Positions 30,178-39,587 are shown, counted from the stretch's first letter. The stretch is DNA of 64,000 nucleotides from Verrucomicrobiota bacterium (GCA_029556615.1 JAKQDD010000196.1:11167-75166); one strand, 5' to 3'. Translations and numbers: made by a program. Notes: generated by a model from the letters alone, not told the origin.

Positions 30178-31605
30178 ATGATGAGACCCTGCGAATCGGG
30201 AGTGCGAAGAACCGTGGGCGTGGCGGTTGCCGCCGCTGCTCTGTTGTGGCTCGGGACGGCCCGAGGCGCGGAGGACGGGGCCAAGGCTGCGGAGGCCTAC
30301 TGGCCAGCGTGGCGCGGCCCTTGGGCGACCGGCGTTTCGCCCCAAGCTGATCCCCCCATCTCCTGGAGCGAAACGCAGAACGTCAAATGGAAGGTGACGA
30401 TTCCCGGTCACGGATCGGCGACGCCGATTGTCTGGGCGGACCGGGTGTTGGTGCAGACCGCGATTCCGCGGGATGGCGGGTCGGCAGCAGCCACGTCGGC
30501 GGTCTCCTCGGAGGTCACGGGCGATCCCGGCGGACTGCCGCCGCGCGAACGCCGGCCGGGGGGCGGCGGCGGCATGCGGTCACAGACGCCGACCGAGCCT
30601 CACCGGTTTGTTCTGCTATGTCTGGACCGGAACACGGGGAAGACACTCTGGGAGCGGTGCCTGCGGGAGGAGATCCCCCACGAAGGACACCACCAGGCCG
30701 ATGGCACCTTCGCGTCCGCGTCGCCCATCACCGATGGCCAATGGGTGATCGCTTTCTTCGGTTCCCGCGGTTTGTACGGCCTGGATCTTGAAGGCAACGT
30801 CAAGTGGTCGAAGGACCTGGGACGCCTGCAGATCAAGAACGCGTTCGGTGAGGGGGCGTCCGCCGCCCTGGCCGGCAACACGGTGGTCGTGAACTGGGAC
30901 CACGAAGGCGAGGATTTCATCGCCGCGTTCGATCGGGAAACAGGCAAGGAGCTGTGGCGCCAACCGCGGGAGGAAGACACCTCGTGGTCGACACCCCTGG
31001 TGGTCACCGGCGCGGGTGCGCCGCAGGTCGTGACGTCGGCGCCGCGCAGGATCCGCAGCTACGACCTGGCCACAGGCAAGCTCCGCTGGGAGTGCGGCGG
31101 GATGACGCAGAATGTGGTCCCCACGCCGGTGGCGGGATCGGGATTGGTGTACCTGTTGAGCGGCTTTCGAGGGAGCGCCCTCCTGGCGATTCGGACCGAT
31201 GCATCGGGGGACGTGACCGGCACCGACGCCGTGGTCTGGCGGTTGGGCAAGAACACGCCGTATGTGCCGTCCCCGTTGCTGGTCGATGACAAGCTCTGCT
31301 TCTTTGCCGGCAACACGGCCGTCTTCTCCTGTCTCGACGCGAAGGACGGCAAGCCGCTGATCGACGCCCAGCGGCTCGAGGGGCTCTCGGGAGTCTATGC
31401 CTCGCCGGTGGCGGCGGCAGGACGAGTCTACCTGACCGGCCGCAACGGCGTCGTCATGGTTGTCCGGCTTGGCTCTCCGCTCGAGATCCTGGCGACCAAC
31501 CGTCTCGAGGAGCGGATTGATGCTTCTCCGGCGCTTGCGGGGAAGGAACTGTTCCTCCGCGGTCGAAGCTCGCTCTACTGCCTGGCGAGGCGCGGCTCGG
31601 ACTAA
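30178..31605 (+). CDS. PQQ-like beta-propeller repeat protein (BamB-like fold), secreted
   Basis: Signal peptide. Repeated W-containing blades (WPAWRGP, KWKVTIPG, TLWERCL, VKWSKDL, ELWRQP, LRWECGG, VVWRL). Confidence 0.75.
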   Translation: MMRPCESGVRRTVGVAVAAAALLWLGTARGAEDGAKAAEAYWPAWRGPWATGVSPQADPPISWSETQNVKWKVTIPGHGSATPIVWADRVLVQTAIPRDGGSAAATSAVSSEVTGDPGGLPPRERRPGGGGGMRSQTPTEPHRFVLLCLDRNTGKTLWERCLREEIPHEGHHQADGTFASASPITDGQWVIAFFGSRGLYGLDLEGNVKWSKDLGRLQIKNAFGEGASAALAGNTVVVNWDHEGEDFIAAFDRETGKELWRQPREEDTSWSTPLVVTGAGAPQVVTSAPRRIRSYDLATGKLRWECGGMTQNVVPTPVAGSGLVYLLSGFRGSALLAIRTDASGDVTGTDAVVWRLGKNTPYVPSPLLVDDKLCFFAGNTAVFSCLDAKDGKPLIDAQRLEGLSGVYASPVAAAGRVYLTGRNGVVMVVRLGSPLEILATNRLEERIDASPALAGKELFLRGRSSLYCLARRGSD

Positions 31606-31682
31606 CGGAACCTCCGGGCTGCAGCGGCGGGCGCTGACCGCGGCGGGTGAAAGGGGGTGCCCTTGCGGACCGTTCTCGTGCC

Positions 31683-31742
31683 GCCCTCGCCGCGGGCGGC
31701 TACAGAATGAGGACTCGACAGAGTCTGAGGCGCGCCTCGCTA
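31683..31742. repeat. internally deleted copy (D) of the two-hairpin element
   Basis: Retains GCCCTCGCC...GGCTACAGA...GAGGACTC and then GTCTGAGGCGCGCCTCGCTA. The last 19 nt match copy B exactly. Confidence 0.55.
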
Positions 31743-31747
31743 CACCC

Positions 31748-31777
31748 GTAAGGGCCGTCACATTGACGGCCCCTTAC
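31748..31777. terminator. 13-bp hairpin between convergent genes, overlapping the ThuA stop codon
   Basis: GTAAGGGCCGTCA-cat-TGACGGCC(C)CTTAC. No U-tract on either strand, so terminator function is uncertain. Confidence 0.35.
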
Positions 31778-32706
31778 TGGGCGGTCTCCTTCTCGGGTTG
31801 GATCTCGCGATGTCCCGGAGTGACGGCGTCGAGGTTGGGCGGGACGTCGGCCTCGACACTGCCGGCCGCCCACGCGAGGCCGCCGAGCAGGATCTTCTGG
31901 AAGCGGGGGTGTAGCCAGACGTCCTCGCGGTGACCCATCGAGGTGTAGAAGACGCGGCCTTGCCCGTGGCGGCGGGCCCACGTGGAAGGGAACGGGGCCC
32001 GGCGGTAGTCGATGCCTTTCATGCCGGCCGTCTCCATGACCAGGATCACGTGGAGATCGGGGGCGAAGTCCTTGAAGGTGTACCATTCGTCCGTCGCGCT
32101 GAAGCGATCCCCCAGGTCCTCGCAGCCGGGGAACTTGGGATTGGCCACCCGCTGGACGGCCTCCTGCTGTGGGCCGTGGCGGATGAACTCGCCGCCCAGC
32201 ATGGCGATGAACGGATCGACCTTGTCCCCGTAAGCGCGGAACCGGGACGACTTGTCCTCAGCATCCGGCTGGACATGGTAGCTGTCGTTGGCGGCGTGGA
32301 TGCCGACGAAGCCCTTGCCGGCGCGGATGGCGTCGAGCAAGGCGGCTTTGCCGGCGGGCGAGATGGGCGGGAACTTGTCAGTGCCGATTTCGCTCAGCAG
32401 TCCGCTCGTGTAGAACACGATGACGTCATGGCGAGCCAGGTTTTCCGGCGTGAACACGCTGCCGTCCTTGGTGCAGGTGACAGAGAATCCGTGGCGCTTG
32501 CCCAGGTCGGTGAGGACCTGTTCCGAGTGGCTGAGCTGGTCCGGCGTCTTCCGCTTGACCACGCTGTGCTCAAAGCCGGCGCTCTTGGTGAAGTAGAGCA
32601 GGTTCTTGCCCTTGGGTATCGCATCCGCCCCCCGGGCGGCAATCAGGGTTGAAGCGAGAACAGCCGCTGCGAGGAGGGCGGACCGTGCGGAGGAGATCGA
32701 TCGCAT
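31774..32706 (-). CDS. ThuA-domain protein (secreted)
   Basis: Start at MRSISSARSALLAAAVLAS (ATG 32706). GKGFVGIHAA, GGEFIRHG and RVFYTSMGHRED are typical of ThuA-like class-I glutamine amidotransferase-fold proteins. Confidence 0.8.
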   Translation of the reverse strand: MRSISSARSALLAAAVLASTLIAARGADAIPKGKNLLYFTKSAGFEHSVVKRKTPDQLSHSEQVLTDLGKRHGFSVTCTKDGSVFTPENLARHDVIVFYTSGLLSEIGTDKFPPISPAGKAALLDAIRAGKGFVGIHAANDSYHVQPDAEDKSSRFRAYGDKVDPFIAMLGGEFIRHGPQQEAVQRVANPKFPGCEDLGDRFSATDEWYTFKDFAPDLHVILVMETAGMKGIDYRRAPFPSTWARRHGQGRVFYTSMGHREDVWLHPRFQKILLGGLAWAAGSVEADVPPNLDAVTPGHREIQPEKETAQ

Positions 32707-32780
32707 AAACGTTGTCTGGGTTAAAGTCGGTGCAAAACCGGGATCCGTTGTTGCACGGATTCTTGTGGAATTCAGACGGA

Positions 32781-34202
32781 TCAGGCCAGCTCCCAGCCTT
32801 TCCGGTAGCTCCCGCGGAGGAACTTGTCCGCCTGGGGGGCATTGGGCGATTTCATGGCGGCGGCGTCCCATTCCAGGACTTTGCCGACGCGGATGGCTAC
32901 AAGGCCGAGCAAGCCCATTTCAGTGAGGCCGGCTCCGTACCCGAAGTGGGAGCTGGCCGGTTTCCCGCCTTTGCAGGCGTCGAGCCAATCGCGATGGTGT
33001 CCCTTGGAACGCGGGAGCGTCTTGGGCGGACGCTGGAAGTCGTCCATCCTCGATCCGGGCAGGAGACGTGGATCGCCCGCCCAACCGGGGCAGGTGATCA
33101 TGCCCTTCGAGCCGACGAAGAGCGTGCCGTTGCCGCCGGCTCCGAGTTGGTCCTCGGGCTCGAGACCCTCGGGCCGGGGCGGGCGCATCCCGCCGTCGTA
33201 CCAGGTGAACTTGACGGGAGGCAGAGCGCCACGGGCCGGGAACTGGTAGTAGTAGATTCCCCCCGGCGGCGCCATTTCGGCGTCGACGCCGCCGACGCCG
33301 TAGGCCTCGATGCGGGTGGGTGCCGTCAGATCGAGGGCGAAGCAGGCCGGATCGAAGTTGTGGCAGAAGAAGTCGCCGATGGGCGCCGTGCCGAACGCCC
33401 AGTAGTCGCGCCAACTGACCGGCGTGTAGCAGGAGCTGTACGGACGCGGATCCCGCGGGCCAAGCCACAGATCCCAGTTCACGCCCTTGGGCACCGGTTC
33501 CTCGGGGGGCCGGCCGGAGTTGTACTTCTTGCTCCACCGACTGGCCGAGGTCCACGCGTGAACCTCGCGGACTTCGCCAATGACACCGGCGCGGATCCAC
33601 TCGTAGGTTTGGCGCAGGCCTTCGCCCGAGTGGCCCTGGTTGCCCATTTGCGTGGCGACGCCGGTTTCCTGGGCGACCTTGGCGATCAACCGCGCCTCCC
33701 AGACGTTGTGGACCAGCGGCTTCTCGCAATAGACATGCTTGCCCTGGCGCATCGCAAGCACCGAGACGTACGCGTGCAGATGGTCGGGCGTCGCGCACAG
33801 AACGGCGTCAATGGCCTTCTCCTTCTCGAGCATGATCCGGAAATCCTCGTAGTCGGCCACCTTGAAGTTCGGGGTCGCGGCGGAATACCGTTTCTCGGCT
33901 TCGGCCTTGACAGGCAGCCGGCCGGCCTCCCCCTTGAAGTAATAGGCATCCAGGTTCTCGCGTTCGATGGGGTCGGCCACGGCGACGATTTGCGCGTCGG
34001 GGAACTTGAACAACTCGCGCATGTTGGTGCGGCCTTGGCCGCCTGCTCCCACGATGGCGATGTTGATCTTCTCGCTGGGGGGCACGAATTGGGTGCCGCC
34101 CAGCACATGACGGGGGATGACGGTGAAGGCGGTGACGGCGGCGGTGGTGGTTTCCAGAAAGCGCCGGCGGGGGATGGCTGAGGGAGGCGTGGCGTGGTTC
34201 AT
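32781..34202 (-). CDS. Gfo/Idh/MocA-family oxidoreductase with a TAT signal
   Basis: Start at MNHATPPSAIPRRRFLETT (twin-arginine motif). Rossmann motif NIAIVGAGGQG. HVYCEKPL signature. Confidence 0.85.
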   Translation of the reverse strand: MNHATPPSAIPRRRFLETTTAAVTAFTVIPRHVLGGTQFVPPSEKINIAIVGAGGQGRTNMRELFKFPDAQIVAVADPIERENLDAYYFKGEAGRLPVKAEAEKRYSAATPNFKVADYEDFRIMLEKEKAIDAVLCATPDHLHAYVSVLAMRQGKHVYCEKPLVHNVWEARLIAKVAQETGVATQMGNQGHSGEGLRQTYEWIRAGVIGEVREVHAWTSASRWSKKYNSGRPPEEPVPKGVNWDLWLGPRDPRPYSSCYTPVSWRDYWAFGTAPIGDFFCHNFDPACFALDLTAPTRIEAYGVGGVDAEMAPPGGIYYYQFPARGALPPVKFTWYDGGMRPPRPEGLEPEDQLGAGGNGTLFVGSKGMITCPGWAGDPRLLPGSRMDDFQRPPKTLPRSKGHHRDWLDACKGGKPASSHFGYGAGLTEMGLLGLVAIRVGKVLEWDAAAMKSPNAPQADKFLRGSYRKGWELA

Positions 34203-34408
34203 GGTCGAATTCACAAACGCAGTTGACAATGCTCGAACCGCGCCACCCTGCGCGATCCGGGCTCGAGACTCAAGGAGGATCCAGAGGGGGGGCGTCGGTA
34301 GGGCGCGCTGTCCCCAGCGCGCCGGCAAGGTGCGTGCGCTCGAGCGGCTCGACATATGCTCGCCGCAGGCGGCTCGACGAAGTCTCGCCCCACCAGGACT
34401 GTCCGCGG

Positions 34409-36007
34409 TCACTTGCTGACCTGTGGCACCGCGCAGCGCCGGCATTTCCGCGCCCCGAGGTGCCGGTTCACGGCGTTCAGGTAGGCGCGCGCACTGGCCT
34501 CGATCACGTCGGTGCTGGCGTCGCGGCCGGTGACCAGAACGCCGTCGCCGAAGTCAACCTTGGCCGTGACTTCGCCGAGGGCGTCCATGCCCTGGGATAC
34601 CGCGCGGAGAGAGTACTCCATGAGCTTCCCGTGGGTGCCGGTCAGGCGGTCAATGGCCCGGAGGGCGGCGTCGACGGGGCCATCGCCGATGCTGGCGTCC
34701 TGGACCAGTTGGGCTGTTTTGCTGCGGTTGGCGTGGCGAAGGCGGACCGTGGCGGTAGGCACGGTTTCGTTGCCGCTGGTCACGTGCAGGTAGACCAGAC
34801 TCCAGGTCTCCTGCACCTCGGTGATCCGCCCCTCGACCAGCGCCGCGAGATCGTCGTCGTAGACGAACTTCTTCTTGTCGCCGATCTGCTTGAAGCGGGT
34901 GAAAACGGCGGCGAGATCATCGTCTCGGAGGGCGAAGCCGAGTTGGCGGAGCCGGGCGGCGACGGCGGCGCGGCCGCTGTGTTTGGTGAGCGGAAGCTCC
35001 GTGCCGCCCCAGCCGACGTCCACGGGGTCCATGATCTCGTAAGTCTCGCGTTTCTTGAGCACGCCATCCTGGTGGATGCCGCTGCTGTGGGCGAAGGCGT
35101 TTTCGCCGACGATCGCCTTGTTGCGCTGGACCATCAGGCCGCTCATCCGGGCGACGAGCCGGGAGGACTTGAGGATCTCGCGCGTCTCGACCCCGCAGCG
35201 CAAGCCGGGGTAGTAGTCCCGGCGGGTCTGGAGGGCCATCACAACCTCTTCGAGGGACGCGTTGCCGGCGCGTTCGCCAATCCCGTTGACGGTGCATTCG
35301 ATCTGCCGGGCCCCGGCGCGGATCGCGGCCAGCGAGTTGGCGACCGCCAGGCCGAGGTCGTTGTGGCAGTGCACGCTGATCACCGCCTGGCCGGATTGGA
35401 ACTCCGGCACGGCGTGGTAAAGGTGGCTGATGAGGGCGCCGAACTGCTCGGGCACCGACCACCCGACGGTGTCGGGGATGTTGACCGTGGTGGCGCCGGC
35501 GCCGACGACCGCGCGGCAGACCTGGACCAGAAAGTCGGGTTCCGTCCGCGACCCGTCTTCGGGGGAGAACTCGACGTCCCGGACGTGGGATCTCGCGCGG
35601 CGGACGCCCTCGACGGCGAGGCGGAGGATCTCGTCCTGGGCTTTCTTCAACTTGTGCTCCCGATGGATCTTCGAAGTGGCGAGGAAGACGTGGATGCGTC
35701 CGCGGCGACCGGCGGGCTTGATGGCGGCGGCGGCGCGGTCGATGTCGGCGGGAACGCACCGGGCGAGTCCGGCGATGACAGGGCCCTTGATCTCGCGGGC
35801 GATAGTGTGAACGGCATGGAAATCGCCCTCGCTGCTGATCGGGAAGCCGGCTTCGATCACGTCGACGCGCAGGCGGGCGAGCTGGCGGGCGACCTCGAGT
35901 TTCTCGCGCATGTTCATCGAGGCTCCCGGGCACTGCTCGCCGTCGCGGAGGGTGGTGTCAAAAATGACGATCCGTTGGTCCTTCATCGTTGTCGCCTTGC
36001 GGTTCAT
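34409..36007 (-). CDS. leuA: 2-isopropylmalate synthase
   Basis: IFDTTLRDGEQ, HCHNDLGLAVANSLAAI, GIGERAGNASLEE, and a C-terminal LeuA regulatory domain. The ATG at 35986 (MKDQRIVIFDTT) is an equally good start. Confidence 0.9.
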   Translation of the reverse strand: MNRKATTMKDQRIVIFDTTLRDGEQCPGASMNMREKLEVARQLARLRVDVIEAGFPISSEGDFHAVHTIAREIKGPVIAGLARCVPADIDRAAAAIKPAGRRGRIHVFLATSKIHREHKLKKAQDEILRLAVEGVRRARSHVRDVEFSPEDGSRTEPDFLVQVCRAVVGAGATTVNIPDTVGWSVPEQFGALISHLYHAVPEFQSGQAVISVHCHNDLGLAVANSLAAIRAGARQIECTVNGIGERAGNASLEEVVMALQTRRDYYPGLRCGVETREILKSSRLVARMSGLMVQRNKAIVGENAFAHSSGIHQDGVLKKRETYEIMDPVDVGWGGTELPLTKHSGRAAVAARLRQLGFALRDDDLAAVFTRFKQIGDKKKFVYDDDLAALVEGRITEVQETWSLVYLHVTSGNETVPTATVRLRHANRSKTAQLVQDASIGDGPVDAALRAIDRLTGTHGKLMEYSLRAVSQGMDALGEVTAKVDFGDGVLVTGRDASTDVIEASARAYLNAVNRHLGARKCRRCAVPQVSK

Positions 36008-36069
36008 GGTTGTGTTGGGTCTGGGTTCCGGCCCGGCATCCCGGCGGCCGCGGGGTCCCTGAACAACAC

Positions 36070-36103
36070 AGAGCCCCACCGCCGCGTCGGGCAGTGGGGC
36101 TCT
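36070..36103 (-). promoter_or_regulatory. candidate attenuator/terminator hairpin in the leuA 5' leader
   Basis: Perfect 10-bp stem AGAGCCCCAC/GTGGGGCTCT. On the minus strand it is followed by GUGUUGUUC. It lies about 63-96 nt upstream of the leuA ATG. Confidence 0.4.
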
Positions 36104-36202
36104 GGAAACTTGCTGGATTGCGTCAGAACCCGACTGCCGCGCTGCGCAGTCGCAGCGCGCCGAGCAGTACCAGGCTGCCAATCCTCTGCTTCACCGGCGC
36201 GG

Positions 36203-36231
36203 ACACTACGCGCCAGGCACCCGCGGGTCAA
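36203..36231 (-). promoter_or_regulatory. candidate sigma70-type promoter for the leuA leader
   Basis: The minus strand reads TTGACC-N17-TAGTGT. Confidence 0.4.
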
Positions 36232-36354
36232 CTTCTTTTCCCGGCCCGGCGGATTCCGAGCACCCGGCGCTTGCAATCCTCGGGCCTGCGCCTCATGCTC
36301 ATTCCGGTCTGGATTTGCAGTCCTCCGCGCCCCGGGGCGCGGGTCCGTTGTCAC

Positions 36355-38172
36355 ATGAGCACATCACCCGAGTCGGAGCTCGATCTCGATCTCCAGCTAC
36401 TGCCGGCGTGGGCGCGCCAGTCGTCCACGGTCAACCGTTACGCCAAATACGAAGGGGAAACCGGCGATGACCGCCGGGGCCGTCGGGGCGGGCCCTTTGG
36501 CCCGCGGGGCGATCGTCCGCCCCGGCGCGATCGTCCCCCGGGTTCGGGCGAAGGCCGTCCGCAAGGTGCCGACCGCGGCCGCCCGGGTGGACCCCCAGGC
36601 CGATCCGGACGGCCTCCGCGCTATGGAGCCCGCGGGACGGACCGTCGGGATGAACCCGCGGCGCCGCCGGTCCCGCTGCCGGACGTCAATGTCAATCTCG
36701 TCCCGGAGGACAAGGGGGTCGAATCGCTGGCGCGCCAGATCAAACTGACCGGGCGCTCCTATGCCTTGTTTGACATCGCCCAGCTGATCCTCCGGCGCCC
36801 TGACCGTTTCGACGTCGATCTTTCGGTGGTGAAGAACGCCGAGGGCAAGGTGGTGCAACCGCTGTTTGTCTGTTCCCTGGACGAGTCGGTGTGGCTCAGC
36901 GAGGACGAGTTGGTCGGTCACGTGTTGCGCCAGCACTTTGACACCTTCTACCAGACGGAGAAGGTCGCAACCGAGCCTCCCAAGGGCACGTACACGCTCG
37001 TGGCCCAGTGCGGCGTGACCGGGGTGATTCTCGGCCCTCCGAATCTCCACGATTACCAGGAAAAGCTCCGACGGCTTCATGCCGAGCGCGTCCCGCGGAT
37101 GCCCTTCGAGGTCTACCGGAACCGGGTGCAAATGGTGCGCGACGAGGCTGTGGTCAAGCGTTGGGTCGAGGAGCAGAGCTGGAAGCTGCAGTTCATCGCA
37201 CTAAACGTCCCCGAGGCGCTGCGGTTCGACCGCCGGGACGATGTCGAGCAGCACTTCCGGCAAACCCACTTGGCCAACCTGATCCGTACGGTCGAGTCCC
37301 ACAGGCTGCGCGCCGGAACGAATCGCGTTCCGATGACCCCCGCCCTGAATACGCTCATCCGCCGTGCGCTCGAAGACCAAAGGCGTTTCCCCCTCCGGCT
37401 GGCGACGACTCTCAGCCAGCAGTTCGCCGGTCACGGCCTCCAGTTCTTCAAGGTCAACCGGACGGTCACCCACGTCTGTGTGGCCCGCCCCCACTACCTC
37501 GACATGGAAACCACGGTGGTGTCGGAAGGCGTCCGGCGGATTGTGCAATTCGTCAACGAGCACCCCGGCTGCACACGCCGCAAGCTCCTCGATGCGCTCG
37601 CCCCTAGTCCGCCCGTGCCGCCCGCGCCGCCCGCGCCGCCCCCGCCAGCCCCTGCCCCGGCCACACCTGCAGTCGAGGCTGTCCCCGGAGCTGAGGCTTC
37701 CGGCGAAGCCGCGCCGGCATCCGTCCCTGCCGCAGGCTCGGGGCCATCGTCGCCCACACCCGAGCAGACTGCCGTGATCTCTGATCTTCATTGGCTGATC
37801 CATCAAGGGCACGTGCTCGAGTTCTCGGACGGCCACCTCGAGACCGCCAAGGCGCCACGGCCGAAGCCCGAGCCGAAGCCCGAACCGAAACCGGCGGCGC
37901 CGACGGGCCCCTCCGCGCCTGCCGCGGCGGCCGTGGAACCCGTGGTGGCTCCTGCCGTTCGCGAAGCCTCGGAGTTCACGACGCCTCCCGCGGCCACGGA
38001 AGTCCTTCTCGCGGAAGGCACCGTCGTGCCATCGGCGCCCGACCCCACGCCCGGAACGCGGACAGCTGACACGCCTCCGTCGCCGGATCCGGTGGAGAAC
38101 ATCCCTGCGCCGCCGACAGAGGCACCCGTGCCGGATCCGGCTCCCGCGCCGCCCACGCCGCCGTCTCGTTAG
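36355..38172 (+). CDS. conserved hypothetical protein with an Arg/Gly-rich N-terminal region and a Pro-rich C-terminal region
   Basis: Start at MSTSPESELDLDLQLLPAW (ATG 36355). Residues ~35-95 are RGG/RP-rich. A globular core follows (LFVCSLDESVWLSEDELVGHVLRQHFDTFYQTEK...). Near the end is DLHWLIHQGHVLEF. No family recognised. Confidence 0.6.
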   Translation: MSTSPESELDLDLQLLPAWARQSSTVNRYAKYEGETGDDRRGRRGGPFGPRGDRPPRRDRPPGSGEGRPQGADRGRPGGPPGRSGRPPRYGARGTDRRDEPAAPPVPLPDVNVNLVPEDKGVESLARQIKLTGRSYALFDIAQLILRRPDRFDVDLSVVKNAEGKVVQPLFVCSLDESVWLSEDELVGHVLRQHFDTFYQTEKVATEPPKGTYTLVAQCGVTGVILGPPNLHDYQEKLRRLHAERVPRMPFEVYRNRVQMVRDEAVVKRWVEEQSWKLQFIALNVPEALRFDRRDDVEQHFRQTHLANLIRTVESHRLRAGTNRVPMTPALNTLIRRALEDQRRFPLRLATTLSQQFAGHGLQFFKVNRTVTHVCVARPHYLDMETTVVSEGVRRIVQFVNEHPGCTRRKLLDALAPSPPVPPAPPAPPPPAPAPATPAVEAVPGAEASGEAAPASVPAAGSGPSSPTPEQTAVISDLHWLIHQGHVLEFSDGHLETAKAPRPKPEPKPEPKPAAPTGPSAPAAAAVEPVVAPAVREASEFTTPPAATEVLLAEGTVVPSAPDPTPGTRTADTPPSPDPVENIPAPPTEAPVPDPAPAPPTPPSR

Positions 38173-38192
38173 AACGTCTGCCGAGGCCGAGC

Positions 38193-38513
38193 TCAGGGGG
38201 CGGGAGGAGGCGGTCCGCCGGCTGCCAGACGGCGCAGAAGGTCGAACGAGAAAAGTCCGGAGTTGTGGCCGTCGCCCCAGACGGGTTGGATGGCGTAGCC
38301 GCCCACTCGATGGAGACCCACAAGTTGGAACGAGGCGGGGCTCAGCAGAGTGTCGGGCCCCTTATCGCGATGGCCCATGACGTCGACCTCGCCCCGGCAT
38401 CCGGCGCAGGGGCAAGCCCGACGCAGGCTCTCGAGGGGAATGAACGACTCCGAGCCGTCATCCCATTTGATGGCCAATTCCGAGCCAATCGCCTGCACAT
38501 CCAACGGTCGCAT
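38193..38513 (-). CDS. DUF971-family protein
   Basis: LAIKWDDGSESFIPLESLRRACPCAGC and AIQPVWGDGHNSGLFSFDLL match the DUF971 pattern. Confidence 0.75.
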   Translation of the reverse strand: MRPLDVQAIGSELAIKWDDGSESFIPLESLRRACPCAGCRGEVDVMGHRDKGPDTLLSPASFQLVGLHRVGGYAIQPVWGDGHNSGLFSFDLLRRLAAGGPPPPAP

Positions 38514-38888
38514 GAGGCGACTTTAGAGAACCTGCGGAGGACAATCAACGCAGCGCGGCTTGGCCGCAACCCAAGCCCAGAGTCTCTTCGTTTGCGTCCG
38601 GCTCCGACGGTGACGTCGGTCGCCGCGCTGCGCTGGCGCTATCGCGCACGACATGGGCGTCCACTCCCGGGTTTCTTTGTCCCGAATTCCGTTGTCCTTC
38701 CGCCGCCCGATCTGCACTTCGCCCGGAATCGGTGAGGCGCTTCCCTACGCTGTTGACCCCTGTGACCAATGGGAATCGCATCTCGACTTGCGACCTTGAA
38801 CGAATCACCATTGGCCATGGATCAGTCCCGATGGCTTCTGCCCAGCGGCAATCGGTTTCCCGGAGTGATCTCCTTGCTGCAGACCGGG

Positions 38889-39413
38889 ATGAAGAAGTCG
38901 ATCGCGTCCTGGGGGTTCCCGCTCCTGCTGGGCCTCGCCGTTCAGCTTGGGCCACGTGAATGTCATGGAGACGCCCTCTTCCCGGGCTACCAGGGCAGGC
39001 AGGAAGCGAGTCTGGTCACGCACGGCGGCCAGACCCTCCGATTTGGCAACACCGTCCAGGCGGAACAGTACCTGACAAGGGTGGTGCGGTCAGTGCCGGA
39101 GGGCCCGGAAGGTGTCACCCTCGACCGACCGAGTTTCACGATTGTTGACGTTTACAGCAACGGAGCGCAGCGGTACGCCGACGTCAAGGCTCTGGTTCCC
39201 GTGAAGGTGTCTGAGTCGGTTGCTGCCGGTTCCTATCCCTACTCGATCCGTCTCTACGATCGCAACAACGCTCTCCTGCTGACGGTCCAAGGGACCCTCA
39301 AGGTCAAGAGCAGCGTCGCGGCTGCCAATCGGTACAACAAGTTGATGGCGATTGGCGGGGGCGCGTTGCTGATCGTCCTTGTGATCGCGACAATCACAAG
39401 TCGCTCCGATTAG
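38889..39413 (+). CDS. hypothetical secreted protein with a C-terminal TM anchor
   Basis: Start at MKKSIASWGFPLLLGLAV (ATG 38889). C-terminal helix AIGGGALLIVLVIATI. Its stop TAG is the first triplet of repeat copy B. Confidence 0.45.
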   Translation: MKKSIASWGFPLLLGLAVQLGPRECHGDALFPGYQGRQEASLVTHGGQTLRFGNTVQAEQYLTRVVRSVPEGPEGVTLDRPSFTIVDVYSNGAQRYADVKALVPVKVSESVAAGSYPYSIRLYDRNNALLLTVQGTLKVKSSVAAANRYNKLMAIGGGALLIVLVIATITSRSD

Positions 39414-39587
39414 GTCCTCGACCTGTGGAACGTGTGGTCAACAGGTCGAGTTTGGTCCCTGCCGTTCCAAGCCTTCCCACCTTCCGTCGAGGACTCTACA
39501 TTAGCGAGGTGCGGAACAGAGGGTCCCGAAAGGCAGGAAAGCTCCATGGGATCGCGAACTTGGCTGGGTCTGAGGCGCGCCTCGCTC
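39411..39587. repeat. two-hairpin dispersed intergenic element, copy B
   Basis: Helix 1 is 39414-39422 / 39486-39494. Helix 2 is 39503-39512 / 39577-39586 (10 bp including one U-G pair). It differs from copy C at roughly 17 of ~150 aligned positions (hand alignment). Confidence 0.8.
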
